The notes under the pieces: model-generated
Seen by the model: only the letters and a program-made list of their open reading frames with translations
Databases searched by the model: none
Told to the model about the DNA's origin: nothing
In this document: positions 37,511 through 50,899 of the stretch, in pieces
Layout of the letters: each line of letters opens with the position of its first letter
Position numbering within the stretch: position 1 is the first letter of the stretch
Made by a program: the position numbers and the translations under genes
NCBI GenBank assembly: GCA_043228905.1
Contig: JBHGNT010000018.1
Coordinates: 16,492,001-16,556,000 of the forward strand
Length of the DNA stretch: 64,000 bases
Direction of reading: 5' to 3'
Source: Azolla caroliniana
Lineage: Eukaryota > Plantae > Polypodiophyta

Positions 37511-40500
37511 AAAATTTCCATGTAGCAAAATTTCTATTGGAAGTGGCTTGTGTAAGCCCACAGTCATATTGCATCCTGAAATAGAGGTTGGGTTCATCAT
37601 AGCTACATAGGGGGAGAAAATTGACTGGGGATACATCACTGGTGTCGCTCTCAGAGAACAACTCCACGGGGTGCATAATGGGAAAGCCATGACACTGATT
37701 TTTGCACGGTGATTGGCGGTATTATGTCCCACCTCGGTAGCTAATACAGGACGTAAGAAGGAAAAGGGACAGTTGTCACAAGCAAGGCCGAAGGAATCGG
37801 CATGCCGAATAGTACCACGCAATGAATGGCAGGAACTAGAGCCGACAACCGCACCTGAACCTGACAACCAACAAGAACCGGAGCCGACATAGGAACCCAG
37901 ACCCGACACCGACCAAGGACCGAAGACAAATAAACAACAACAACCAGTCGAGTCGACAAGTGTCACTCGATAGTCGGCTCGAGTACCACAAGCCGAATCA
38001 CGACCATCACCTCAGATGAAATAGAAGATTAAGCGGTTGTCACAGCGAGTTTCCACTTACCAACCAAATCAAGGATAATGACGGCCGAATAAAAGAAGCA
38101 GAGTCAAACAATAGTCGTCGACCAAACAACAACAACAATAGCCAGCCAAACAACAACCGACTGGAGACTAGTCGAACCTGCACAGAGAGGAACAATAGAA
38201 ATGGGGAAGACGTCTACAATCTCCCCGAACGAGGTTCTTGGACTACCGGACATTCCACCAGCGGCCCATGTCTTTGTGGTCCTACTCTAGTTCAGCACAT
38301 CCTATGAATTGGTGGATTGGTTGGCAAAGCGTATACAATTCGCTTCTGACCTATTAGCGTAAGAACACAAGGATCGCGAAATGATCTAGAAGACCATGCT
38401 CGGATACCTTGAGCCAGAAGAAGAACAGGAGATGCAACGAATCGGCCGACAACGCCGTGTCAAGAATAACGGTACGACGATTCAACTACCTCCTCTTAAC
38501 ACTGCTCTCGTTGACGTACATTAGGAGTTAGATAGAACGAATAGAGCAGCAAAAGAAATGGCTGAAGCATGTAAAAGGGCAACGAAGGCAGCCGATCAAA
38601 TGCATATAGAGTGGTTAGCAACGAAGAAGAGTAATGAGGAGTTGTCGGCCTGACTTCAATAGGTAGAAGTAAAGTTAAAAGAAGCCGAAGAGTATATGCA
38701 AACCAGTGATTTTGCTAGAATCCCCCATGTACAAGATAAACAATTATGGGATCAGCTACGAGCCATGGAGAAAGAAGTCGAACAAGCCAATCAAAAGGCA
38801 GAAAAGGCCGAATCCAAAGTGCGGGAAATGAAAGACTACCTCGAGATGGCAAAGACCAAATTTGGACCATTGTTTGACGTAAAGGTGGACGAAATTAATT
38901 TCCTCAGGGAGCGGTTACAAAATCGCGAGGAATGGTTAGCAGGCGTCGAAGACCTGGTGGCATTGGTCGAAATACAGGAGGAGTAGTATGAGAAGCACAA
39001 GACTCAGCTCGAACTCGAGAAAGAAGAACTAACAAAGAAGTACACCGAGCTTGAGGCCAAATATGAACAAAAGAGATTGGCATTGTTGGTGGCAGAGGCA
39101 AAGTTGTAGTTTGATCAAGGTTCTGCAGAAGTCTGACTTGCCGAAATGAGGAGGGACTTGGTGTGTATGCAGTACCGACTCAACATGGGAGAAGAGAAAG
39201 TACATCTCAGCGCACAAGGCCAGTGCTCAAATCCCTCGACAAAGGCTGGAAGACATGGTCGGCACAAGCTGCCGAATTACAATTGTTGAGAGCCGACCAT
39301 GACAACAGAAAGAAGCAAGGTCAGGGCTTCTTCAAGATGGACGAAGTAGCGATCACCACAGTCCAAGAGGAGCTTGCCAAAGACCTATATGAGTTTTCCA
39401 CAAGCCACATGGAAGAGATCACCAAGCTGATGGAGGACTACGACGACCATCACATGGCCGCTACCATGCAACTAGATGCTTATGAGACAAAATTTCAGCA
39501 ACAGACAAATCAGGTGACATGGCGACGAGGATCTATCTCCCGACAAATCAGGTGACATAGTAGCAGTGAGCGATGTTGCAGGCGACACTGAGCCAGAGGA
39601 GACGGCAGTAGAATCGATGCGGAAGCCGGAACAAGAGTTTCACATGGGCACACAATCACATCCATCCGAAGCCGAAGCTCAAGCCTAAGAGGAGCCGAAT
39701 TTGTTCGACATACTAAATGAGGACGTGAGCAGAAGGGACAACGATGACCCAGCCGACGACGCACAAGAGGATGACCATTGTTCGACATACTAAATGAGGA
39801 CGTGAGCAGAAGGGACAACGATGACCCAGTCGACGACGCACAAGAGGATGACCATTGTTCGACATACTAAATGAGGACGTGAGCAGAAGGGACAACGATG
39901 ACCCAGTCGACGACGCACAAGAGGATGACCAGGTGTAAAGGGCAGGGTTCGACCGTGCAAGGCAATGTCCCACGAGGGTGCCATGTGTTAGTCCGTCAGC
40001 TACCTGAGGGACAAAGGTTGACAAGTTGGATTCAGAGTCGAAGCCGAACAGTATGAAAGGATAGATTTGAAAATTTAATTTTAGCCGAGTATAAAAATAT
40101 AGCAATTTAGAAAATAGAATGGTTTTGTGATAACTGTAGGATCTTGTTGAACAAGACAAGTGTAATCTTGGAGAGAGACTCTTGGGTCACCTATAAAAAG
40201 GGACCGAGAGCACTGTAATTGTATCGGTCTATTTTGGTTAATATAAGTTTTGGTAGTTAGAGTATTTACTGTGTCAACTACTATATGTATTTTTCTACCT
40301 GTCGCATGTTCGAATTTAGCCTCTACTACACATATTATATTATCTCTAATAGTCGATCAGGCGTGTATGTCTAATCATAATAACTAATCTCTGTGCAACT
40401 ATTCTTTGAGTGTAGAATTGGTGTTGACTAACCCATCTCTCCACCACAATCTTCTTGACAAAACGTCTGACCTATTGATGTCAATTACAATTGTCGGTTG

Positions 40501-40530
40501 TCGGCAGGTTAATAATTGTCATCCATGTAA
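37510..40530 (+). mobile_element. Decayed extra (coiled-coil) ORF and probable 3' LTR region of an LTR retrotransposon
   Basis: E/K/Q-rich helical ORF pieces at 38696-38986 and 39163-39555, a P/E/Q-rich linker at ~37830-37960, and TATA-like CTATAAAAAG at ~40192. Assignment to the Athila/Tat-like element is inference. Confidence 0.45.
39701..39931. repeat. 77-bp tandem repeat x3
   Basis: Units TTGTTCGACATACTAAATGAGGACGTGAGC...GAGGATGACCA start at 39701, 39778 and 39855, with one substitution in the first copy. Confidence 0.95.
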
Positions 40531-40778
40531 TATGTCTAATATCTAATAAGGTTGTGTATAACTAACCACATGTCTTTTCTTTCCATTTCCTTTGTGCATC
40601 CTTTGCTTTCTAATAAATGGCAATGTCGTTTTTCTTTACCCTCACTTTCTCTTCCAATGTCTTCTCTACCCCTCTCCATCTATCATTCATACTTCACCAC
40701 TCATCATGGATTGGCTTCCCCATTTGTAAGTACATCCTTTTTGTAACCAATAATCGCCCAATCCCCAAACACTCACTA

Positions 40779-40799
40779 CACCATGCATACATACATACC

Positions 40800-40892
<93 letters not shown>

Positions 40893-40963
40893 ATATCTCT
40901 ACCGAAATATTAAACAATCAGCCAATAAGTAAACAATACACCATGCATACATGCATACCTACA

Positions 40964-41030
<67 letters not shown>

Positions 41031-41090
41031 ATATGTATATGTATATATCTACCGAAATATTAAACAATAAAGCAATAAGTAAATCAATAC
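40779..41090. repeat. Tandem duplication of a unit containing a (TG)n microsatellite
   Basis: CACCATGCATACAT..CCTACATG(TG)n TATG..TATATCTCTACCGAAATATTAAACAAT occurs twice. Confidence 0.9.
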
Positions 41091-41510
41091 ATAAATACTA
41101 AATACACGATCGTACACTAATCAATAATAAATCGTTATAATAATCACAATAGAGCTAGTTAATAACATGGCTAAAAATAACAAATAGATGGCATACAATC
41201 CCAAGTCCAAATGGTTCATCTAACACTTCAATATGAGTCATTTTTCAACTAAATTGGTCCCATCTAGCATATTGATGTGGGAGTATGAGGAAGCCCTAGA
41301 TTTTCTTCGTCATCATTCAACCTAGGAAGTTACCTTTCTTTCAAAAAAGGTAGACATTTATTTATTCCTACTTCAACTCGACCACAAACACTTACATAAA
41401 TGCACTTAACCTTCTTCCCTCCTCCCAAAATTTGGCCTTGCTTGACCTCCACGCCACTTGATTGAAGTGCACTTTAATTCTATTCAATTGGTTGGCCATT
41501 CATTCAATAC

Positions 41511-41587
41511 CAGTCTTGGGCATATTCTTGTACATCTTATTCTTATTTCTAATAAGAATAAGATGTACAAGAATATGCCCAAGACTG
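41511..41587. repeat. Perfect 37-bp inverted repeat with 3-nt loop
   Basis: CAGTCTTGGGCATATTCTTGTACATCTTATTCTTATT-TCT-AATAAGAATAAGATGTACAAGAATATGCCCAAGACTG. Confidence 0.97.
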
Positions 41588-42199
41588 AATCAAAATGATT
41601 TATTAATGACTTAAGCACCTTCTTATATAACATCATTGGACCCATGCATTATCACCACTTTGTATTCACGCAAGCATGTCACTTGGTGATCATGTGTTGG
41701 CCTATGTGAGGTAACGACAAGTTCCAAGATTAGTAATGCAATATTTAAGAGTTAGCTTACTAGGATATTGATGCCAAATTTGAGCTACAACCTTTGTGGC
41801 ATTAATGAGATTTTCATCAAGTTTCTATGCTTGATCATGGGGTGTATAACCTAACCCATGAACCAAAGTAATATTGTTTGTTGTGTATTACCATTGAGTT
41901 CAAAATGGCTTTTACCTAAAGAAAAAGAACAAGATTTTGGATGGAGCTTGAAGCATAAAGTTCCAAAAGGGATGCATGGGTAACTACGAATATGCGGGAA
42001 ATTGCAATGAAATGAAACTTCATTTATTTTATCTGTGATTATACATGGATCGAAATGTTAATAGTACAACTTGTTGAAGTTCGGTGTGTAACACCCCTAC
42101 ATGAATAAAAGGCATGAGGTCCTTTATTCCAACAACATCCCACATTAAGGGAATGCCACTTGAGAGGAGATAGGGTCAACTAAGTCTAAGTATGAACAA

Positions 42200-43444
42200 A
42201 GTTGAGGTACATATATCTATCCAACTCCCATCGTTTTCTCGTAATGAGAAAACCACTAAGTTCAAAGAAAGTTCACGAGAAGATCTATAGGAATTTCATT
42301 TGTATGCACTTTGACAAGCTCAATGATGTTCATGACAAGTAAGATTTATCCCTTTTCTTATTTTTGCCATTGACCGATTCCCAACGATAACATAGACAAG
42401 ACCATGGCTTCTGATTTTATTCTCTAGTGTCTCAATCATCTCGTTGTCCATTGTTCGAGGAAGAGTATGAAACAACAAACCTATCAAGCAAATATAGGAT
42501 TCATGCAACTCAACACTTTCCATTACCCATTTTGCTTTGCTCCTAAAAGTCAACTACACCATTGGGATGGTTCACATTAATTTTGAGGTAAGCCTCTACA
42601 CTTTGGTTCTACTTTGATACAAGTCGTAGTCTTTCTTGATTCCAAACCGTCTTCCTATTTCATGACATCGCATTCATGAAAACTTATGATATCCCCATCA
42701 TAGGGCTATCAAAGCTCATAACAGTCGAAGAAATTGATCGGCAAGTGCATTGCTTGGGAATGCTTATAGAAGAAATGATTGCATTAATGTTTTCATCACT
42801 GTTGGACCAAGAAGAATTGATAGTGGTTGGAGGCACACAACCCAACAATGGATTTCTACAGTTGCTCCATCACATTTAGCCAACCTACTTGTTCACATAA
42901 ATCATTGACATGAGAGTTGATGGATTTCAGACTCAGCTGCTCACTCCCCATTGACCCTTAATTGATCTACAAGATGGTGCACATCCACCCTTTAGTCCCA
43001 TATATGAGTTGTCTGAATCAGAACTCGAAGGCTCTCCAGACATACCTTAATGAGAACCTTGAGAAGGGTTTCATTCAACCCTCCAATACACAGGTCCAAG
43101 CCCCAATCTTGTTCTTCAAATTTCTTCCTCGCCTCCCTACTAGATCCTTACCATCCGTACCAGATTTCAGTACACCAACCTTCTCTTTCGAAACCCATGG
43201 TATTGTCAACAAGAGAGGAGTACGAAATTGAGAAGATACTCGGACTCTTGTATGCATCAATGACAACTTCAATATGTGGTCTTTATGTAAACGGTATCTA
43301 TCCCATATAAGAAGAAGCTACCTAAGAATCAGCCAAACACTTAACCAATACTCTTGAGGTGGTTCATGATTCCCACCTACCATACCCACCAAAGAAAGTA
43401 GCCACTCTTGGAATTTGGCTGTAGAGGGAGGATAGTATCACAAC
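42200..43444 (+). pseudogene. Highly decayed chromoviral (Tcn1/Tf2-like) Gypsy remnant
   Basis: PR region FMKTYDIPIIGLSKLITVEEID; RT start IDLQDGAHPPFSPIYELSESEL/KALQTYLNENLEKGFIQPS..APILF; chromodomain EEYEIEKIL...EEAT*E. A purine tract AGAGGGAGGA is followed by TATCACAAC (LTR start), which is cut by the hAT. Confidence 0.7.
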
Positions 43445-43934
43445 CAGTGTTGGGCAAAGTCTCTAGCCCCTACCGAATTTTTCCTGCTTCATATGGACAT
43501 AACCAGAATTTAAAAATTTTAGCAGGCCACTTTTCAACAAGCGATAATGTGAACCGGAACATGTTGAAAAAAAATTTTACCACATACCAAATCAAATAAA
43601 TTTTTTCTAGTGCAAGACCAAAACAAATCAATCACAAAATTTTGCATCCAAAAAAGTGTGTGTGTGTGTGTGTATGTTTCCAAAAAACATTTATTAACTT
43701 TGTAAACAAAACTAACTTTTCAAAACTTTGTAAACTAGCATCAACAACATATTACAACAAATTAGATCTAATATATATAAAGTTCCAAAACAAATTAGAT
43801 CAAATTTACACAACTTCAATCTATACCTTCTATGAAGTCCTCGATGTCATCATCATGCTCGAAATTCCTATAAAAATATCACGATATGCCTTGCTTTCTC
43901 ACCACAACAAAATGTTGGCACTGAAGTCATATTC

Positions 43935-45688
43935 TTTTTTCTTTTTTTTCTTTTTTTTCTTTTTTTCCAAAAAAGAATATACTCCTTTAGTTAAAATATA
44001 CAGAAACTCGATCCCTTTCTCGGGAAGGCGGAGCCAAGACTATCCTATCCTACACAAGAGATCTTGCTTATTTATCTTACACTTTCACATATGGCTCTAG
44101 CCATCCTTTCATGCACATCACCTACATTCATTATCCCACATGTCATGTCTTTCACGCCCCTCGTTCATCTAATGGGAGGGGGGAACAACCATTTGGGTAC
44201 TTCATACTTCCATAGTATATCCAGTCCATTTGTTGTGGCCATCGGTGTAGTACACCATCGCTTTCGAAAATTCAGCCTTATTAGTTCTGCAACATCATTA
44301 ATACCATCAATCCGCTCATATTTAGCTCTTAGTGTAGTTATTAATGTGTGCCAGATTAGCTTAGTCGATTCAGTTGGGGGGCGTTTGTGTGCTGAAAATA
44401 CCCTGGTACACCTTGATGTCCATATATACCATATAGTAATGGGGGCAAGCAACATCCAAAAATCTCCAGGTTTTTGATTCTGTGCACAAGTTGTAGGTAC
44501 CCTGTTGTCAGTGATCAGCCGCACAATGCCATTCTCCCCTCTGTACTTAGCATCGCATGTGCTATCGTATTTCGCCACATCATCCTCAAGACAAATCCAA
44601 CAAGCATGTCCCCAATTGAGGGTGAACGGACTAGAGGCATGGCAAAGCAAACGTAGTGCCCTTCCCCATACAGCCACTGCCTCGCAACATTCCCATAGAC
44701 AATGGGAAATGCTTTCTATCTGTCCACGGGCAATACATCTAGGGTCTACATTGGGGCCTTTACCCCACGTCCCTACCGGCAAGGCTCTATGTGCAATAAG
44801 CCATAAACACATCATTATCTTGTGGTCATATCTGTCATGCCATATCATTTACCAGAATTTATCTAGTCTCATTTCACTAATGCCCTCCTGTATCCAAAAT
44901 TTCCTTGATGCAATCTTGTCGTGTTCTTGTTGTAGAATAATTTGCCTCCCAATCTTTGTGTTATACCTGAAAATTTGAACCAGCTTTTCCCCATCAGTTC
45001 GTCCTTGAGTTTTCCAACAATACATCGATGGGTCCCATGATCCAAATGCCCTTGTATAGGCCAACACACTATCGTAGGTGTGATCTCCATTGGCTTAGGG
45101 TCAATAATCATATTCTTGCCATTTTTGGCAATCACAATCTTGCCCGCAAAGGATAGTTTTCTCACATTCCACCATATTAACTTTGCTTTTATTTTGTCCA
45201 CTAGTAGATTGTAATGTTCTGCTCGATCAATGTCCATACCAATTTTGAAGCCCAAGTATCTACTAGCTTCTCCTTTCCTCAACCATCTAAAATTGGGGTC
45301 GGGGACCCAATTTAACATGAGCTTATTACTGATCCAAATGCCAACAAATTTATTCCAATTTATTTTAGCATTGTTGAGAATCAAGCTCAACTTGGTCTAG
45401 TGTGTGAACTCACCTTGAGAGTGAATAGACACTCCAACGGTCAAGAGTCACCATTAAGTCACCTCTTTGTATTCTAGCATTTAGTATGAGTCATAGAATC
45501 ATATTCTATGACACATAACTTATGAGCTTTCACATTCCCCATGCTCCATGAGGCTTGTAGTTAATGAAGAGAGAGGGTGACTATATAAACCACCCTCCTC
45601 CCACCTTGTATTCTGTTGAGTCTTTCTCCTTTGTTAATATAATCTACCTTGCGTATACTCTGTCTTACTCCTTGTCTCTCTCACTCAC

Positions 45689-45729
<41 letters not shown>

Positions 45730-48480
45730 CACACACGGTTCATTGTACCCGGACAGATAATGCATCGGCCTTTTCTATCCATGAGTCGAGGGTCCAAATA
45801 CCATCTGTCCAACCTGGACATCGTCCACCCATGCACACTTCCTCCTACTCTAGAGTATCGAATAGATTTTTCTTTTTGCATTTGAAAGTTAGGTGCATTC
45901 CAACAGTCTATCACATTATATGCTAAACAAAACTTATCCCATGCATACTTCTCTGCCCCCTGTACCGTGCCATTTGCATTGCCTCTTCTATCTTCTGGAT
46001 GCTCCACCATATTAAAGTCTCCTCCAATGATCCACAACTCAGCATCTGGTTTCTTGGCCACTAATTGCAAGTAGAATTCTTGTCTTTCAGCAGCTGAATT
46101 TGGGGCATATATGTTCAGTATGCCCAAGTGCCCACAACTATGTTTTATCCTTATGTAGATAGCACGCCCCTTTATTAAACTCCCCTTGCCTGTACAATCG
46201 ACAGTAAACTTAGCTTTCATAGCAATAAGTACTCCCCCCTGAATCGGCCTATCCTCAGTAGTTGTTGACCATGTATTGGTCCAGTTCCCAAGGCAAATGC
46301 TTCCAATTTTATCAATCTTATCCTCATCTAGATGGTGCTCCTGCACCAAGATAATATCAAGCACCATTGCCTCAATGCAACACTGGATTTCAGCAACCAA
46401 TACATTCTTTTTCATCTGGAATTGGGTGCCATCAATTCCTTGTATATTCCAAGTTAGCAAGCTAAGATTCAGATAATCTACACCTTCTGAGGCTTGGCCA
46501 ATGCATTTTCCGCTTCCAATATGGTAGCTAATATCCTATCTTGGAGATTTTCCTTTTCCAACTATGTCAACATTTCAGGGATGTATACCATGAATTCCAT
46601 GAACAATTTAGGAAGCTTCCTAAATTTCACATTTATGTGGCATATGCCTTGTTCATTCGCCTTGCCCGAACTCCAAATCAAGGCATCTTTCCATTGTCTT
46701 TTCATTTTCATCCCTATTGCGGTACCATATGATGAGTCTACATGAACATCCATTTGTTGTTCCAAACATCCAAGGGCTTCTTCTCTACTATGTGGTTCCT
46801 TATTTCCCAAGGCCAAAACATAGAACAGACCAACGATCCGTCCTTCATCAATACATTTACCATATATATTGACTCTACATATGTTGTCCTTCTTCATCTC
46901 ACTTCCACATATTTCCTTGAACCACTTTTTGCCTGTTAGTTTCAATTTGATCTATTGTCCAGTATTCGAGAGGGGGGTCACCTTGTATTGAAGATTCCAG
47001 TCCACTCTTGGCCATCTACGCATCCCTTTATTTTTTTCCATCCCCTGCACCTCCTCTTTTCTAGCACGCATGTGCCTTTTCATTTTTGCTATCCCCTTCA
47101 TATAATGGGTTGTCACCAATGCCTTAGCTTTCTCTTTCAAGGGGCTTACGACCTTTTCTACATTTAATTTTCCTACCTCATCCATACTTTCATGAAGCAT
47201 CTGGCCAAAATCATCCCCTACCAAGTTGTCTTCCTAGTGTAGTTTCTCCATATTAGTGCTTCCACATTATTGCTCTCATGAGTTGCCTTCGATTTTGCTT
47301 CCCTTTCATTAGGTTTGTTTTCATTGTCCTCTGAGGTTAAGAGCGCGTATTTGTTTCTAAGTGGGAGCCATTCTTGTCCGACCATGACTTTTTTTTTGCC
47401 TTTATAGGTGTTATATTTCCATCCATCTTCATTCTTACTCATTGCATGGTTTATTTGTTGATTATTCTGTTGCATCAGGCTTGTTTGACTTTTCTGTCCT
47501 TGCTTCCCATTTCCATGATGCATGTGCTCCTTTCCTCTAGGGCATTCTCGGGCCATATGCCCCATCTGTCTACATGCAAAGCATTGCCCTAGGGGTCCCG
47601 CATACTCTACAGTTTGTACATGGTCAACCATTTGTTTACTGCTCAACAACATTGATTGCGGTAAGGTCTTTACACCCAAAACAATTAGTTTGATCCTCGG
47701 TGTTTCACTTATTCTCTCTACAAGAGTTTTTCCAAGCATTGCCCTCCCATACTTTTGCCAATGGTTGGGAGAAAGGATCCCCATTGCTTAGGTAAACCAG
47801 GGAAAAAGGTCGTTAACATTGTAGGATTGCCTATACAAGCATCAGCTTTACACATGTCAAAGTTTGCAGCCCAATTGAATGCATAGGCTCTCGCATTGTG
47901 CCAAATCAGTGGGCTGCTCTCGACAATTTTGCATATATTCGTTTCCGGCATCACTGTAGCATGGTAGAACCCCTTTCCCATAAATGCAATGTCCTTCAAT
48001 TTGCCAAGGTCTTCTAGTAGCAAGCTTTGCAGCCAATCACGCAACATTGCTCTATTGGGTCAACTACCCACCACTTTTACCACAACGGATTCACGTTTAA
48101 GACGTGTTAATTCACTCTCCATAAGGCATTCTTCTTCCAGGGAGAGAACAAAGGCTCCCATTGCATGCATCGAGGGACCATTTCGATAGTCCACCCCTTG
48201 TATTTCCTGTTTTGTTTCAGCATCAATGCGATTATATAGATGTTCATGACATAACTGTGTCCCATTGAAGTCCAGACGGTTTGGGGATGATGTTCGTGCA
48301 TGCTCTGAAGCAGCCGAATCTTTGTTCAAAGATCCCTCTACTGCCATCGCTCCTCACAATCGGGTCGTTGTTCGATGACTCTGTTGTCGTCGTTTGATGA
48401 GCCCACTACTGTCAGCGTCGTTGTTCCTCTGTTCTCCCGTCAACACCTCCTATTCAGCCTCCCGTCGGCGCCTATCTCTA
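43935..48480 (-). mobile_element. L1-clade LINE (L1c): ORF1 and ORF2, RT core deleted at an LTR insertion
   Basis: ORF1 ~46480-48347 with zinc knuckle CFACRQMGHMAREC. EN 45723-46460 (LTWNIQG, LVQEHHL, NIYAPN, GGDFN, SRLDRWY). RT tail RYLGFKIG; zf-RVT LWLIAHRALPVG..ESISHCLWEC. A-rich tail at 43935-43966. Confidence 0.92.
45372..45742 (+). mobile_element. 3'-truncated LTR of the Copia A family inside L1c
   Basis: Starts TGTTGAGAATCAAGCTCAACTTGG and is colinear with LTR 20618-20999 for ~370 bp. Confidence 0.92.
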
Positions 48481-50899
48481 TTTTAATATTTCCGGTGATA
48501 GTGGTTTTCCTTTTTTCCTTTTTTCTTTTTTAAATATATAAATGTTGAGTTTTTATTTGTTATATTTTTATTTTTGGGGGTGGGGTCGGGGGGGTTTGGA
48601 GGGAGGGAGGTACTCTTCGAACTGTGGGTTTTTTTTCTTTCTTTCTTTCTTTTTTTGGGGGCACTCTTCGAACTATGGGTAGCTTTTCTTTCCACGCATC
48701 ATTACAATTTATCATAACCCAAACATCTAAGAAATCTCGTCGAAGTCGTTCCGTGGTAGCTTGTCATTTGAAAATTGCATATTCATCATACAATTTATCA
48801 TTATCAACTATAGGAGAAAATGTTTTCCTATCTATCATTTTTTTTAACACCATAAAAATTTCCAAGTGTTTTCAACTCATTAAGACCCATAGCCTTTTGT
48901 GCTAAAATGCTTGTAGATCCTGTAAATGAGTTGGTGTCAAGAGTTGTTAGTTGTTTTTGATGTAGTTGATTGATTGTTCATTATGGTTCACCCTAGTCGC
49001 TGACCCAACCATGATATGCGCCAAGAAGACCATTGTTTGTTCCATGGGACGAACCTTCGTTGGAAGAACCATGCATAGCACTGAATAGAGGGCCGCTGAA
49101 TATGCGCCCTTCCATGGGAAGAGCTACCAAAAAGAACTGGTCAGAAGCAAATTGTGCAAAAGTGTCCAATTCCGCAGAATCCAATAATGTTGGGGTCGTA
49201 GTGACGGTTTAATTTGATGCAACGCGAAGAACCTTACGCGCCGCTTCTTACAGCTTTAGATATGGGAGTACCGAGGATATGCCAGCCAAGCTCATTGGTG
49301 ATAACATTTTCAAGGCAGAAAGAGTCACCGGATCTTGAAACCTCTTTTTTATAGTCTCTAATAATGCCCTAGAAAACAAAGTTTGGAAACGTATGGCTTC
49401 ACTAAGTCCTCACCATCAATACTTCTATCCATGATTATGCTTTTATACATATTACCTTTTGTAGCATCTCGTAAAACGGTAAACATTCCTTTTTATCTAC
49501 CATATTCTGGAATAACTTGATAGTTATTGATATCCTTGTCAAAACCATTGAGATCCATAATAACATGATCCTTGTTCTTTCAAGCGTCTTGCACACACAA
49601 CTTTGTTCGATGTGCACAACAATGTAAGGAAGTCATAAAAGGATTACATGACTTCAATCTAGTAGCAACACCTGTAGACATACTTACAATAATAGATGCT
49701 CCATCACTTCCAAATCCCATCATTTTTCTAGCATCTAAGTTCCATTCTTTTAACAATGCTAAAATGCATTTTGTTATTTTATTTGTTGTACCATCCTCCA
49801 CTTCAAGTACCCCATAATAAGAGGTTCGTACTTGCCTTCCTTCCACAAATATACTGTAAAGGATCACGTTCTTGGTTACGCTTACATCGGTAGATTCATT
49901 TACCATAGGCCCAAACCAAGGACTTTTCCTCAACTGATCATATATTTTGGCTTCAAGAGCCTTGCTAATGGCAAGATAAAGCTTGCACAAGCCTTATTAT
50001 CATTATACATTCGTGGAAAGCCTTCCACACCACACTCTCTTAACAATCTTAAGAGGATTTCCAATTTTTAAATATAAGATCCTCTTGATCTACATAATAT
50101 GCATATTTAAACAAATTTTGAAATTGTTAAATCTACAGTAGCTTTTTTTCTTTTTCAAGACCATTCTTGTCTCGTTCTTGTAAACAAAATGGCATCTCAA
50201 TGGGCGACACTTCTTGCATGTTCTTCTAATGTAAGAGTTTTTTCTTTTTTAATATACTCCATTGGTATTAAAATGAAAATGGCAAAAAGCAATATACAAA
50301 ATAGTCCAATAGTCCAATGTTTGTAGGTAAAGATAATTCCTTCAAACAAGCATGAAGAATAGCCTTCAATATTTCCGTCGAATTCTTCCTCAATAACTTA
50401 TCCACGATCCCTAAACCGGTGTTTGACATGCCAAACAAACATAAAGCAAATAATGTCTATTATTTTGTGTACTGGCCAAATAAACATGAAGAATATTCTT
50501 CAATACTTCCTTCGAGCTCTTCCGCAATAGATCATCGACAATCACTCAACTGGTTTGTGATATTATCAATTGCTTTACACTATCTGCTTCCTCCTCGAAG
50601 ATATGTAGGCTATAAACCAGTTTTCATTGTCCTACATCACAAGATCCTATGGAAATGTTTCATCATGAAGCCATATCTTTTGTGACACTATCTAATATCA
50701 AAGGATCATTTATCTCCAAATTCTTGTACTTGGGAAATTGTTGTTCTTCAACAATTGTTGCATTTGTAGACATCAAACCTACCAACATACACATGCACTT
50801 GGAATTCCTTCATCTCCACAACCCCTCAATAATCCGCTTTATCACAAGAAGAGAATAATCCATGAACAATGTGGTTTATCACAACTTTCATATTCTCAC

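Noticed and set aside
39701-39931. CRISPR-like array (also 32238-32710)
   Set aside because: The units are contiguous tandem copies without unique spacers, there are no cas genes, and the context is eukaryotic.
40617-41101. CVCVCV/HTHTHT ORFs
   Set aside because: Translations of (TG)n microsatellites.
18127-43461. One 25-kb hAT element bounded by the two TIRs
   Set aside because: The TIRs face outward and the flanks share no 8-bp TSD.
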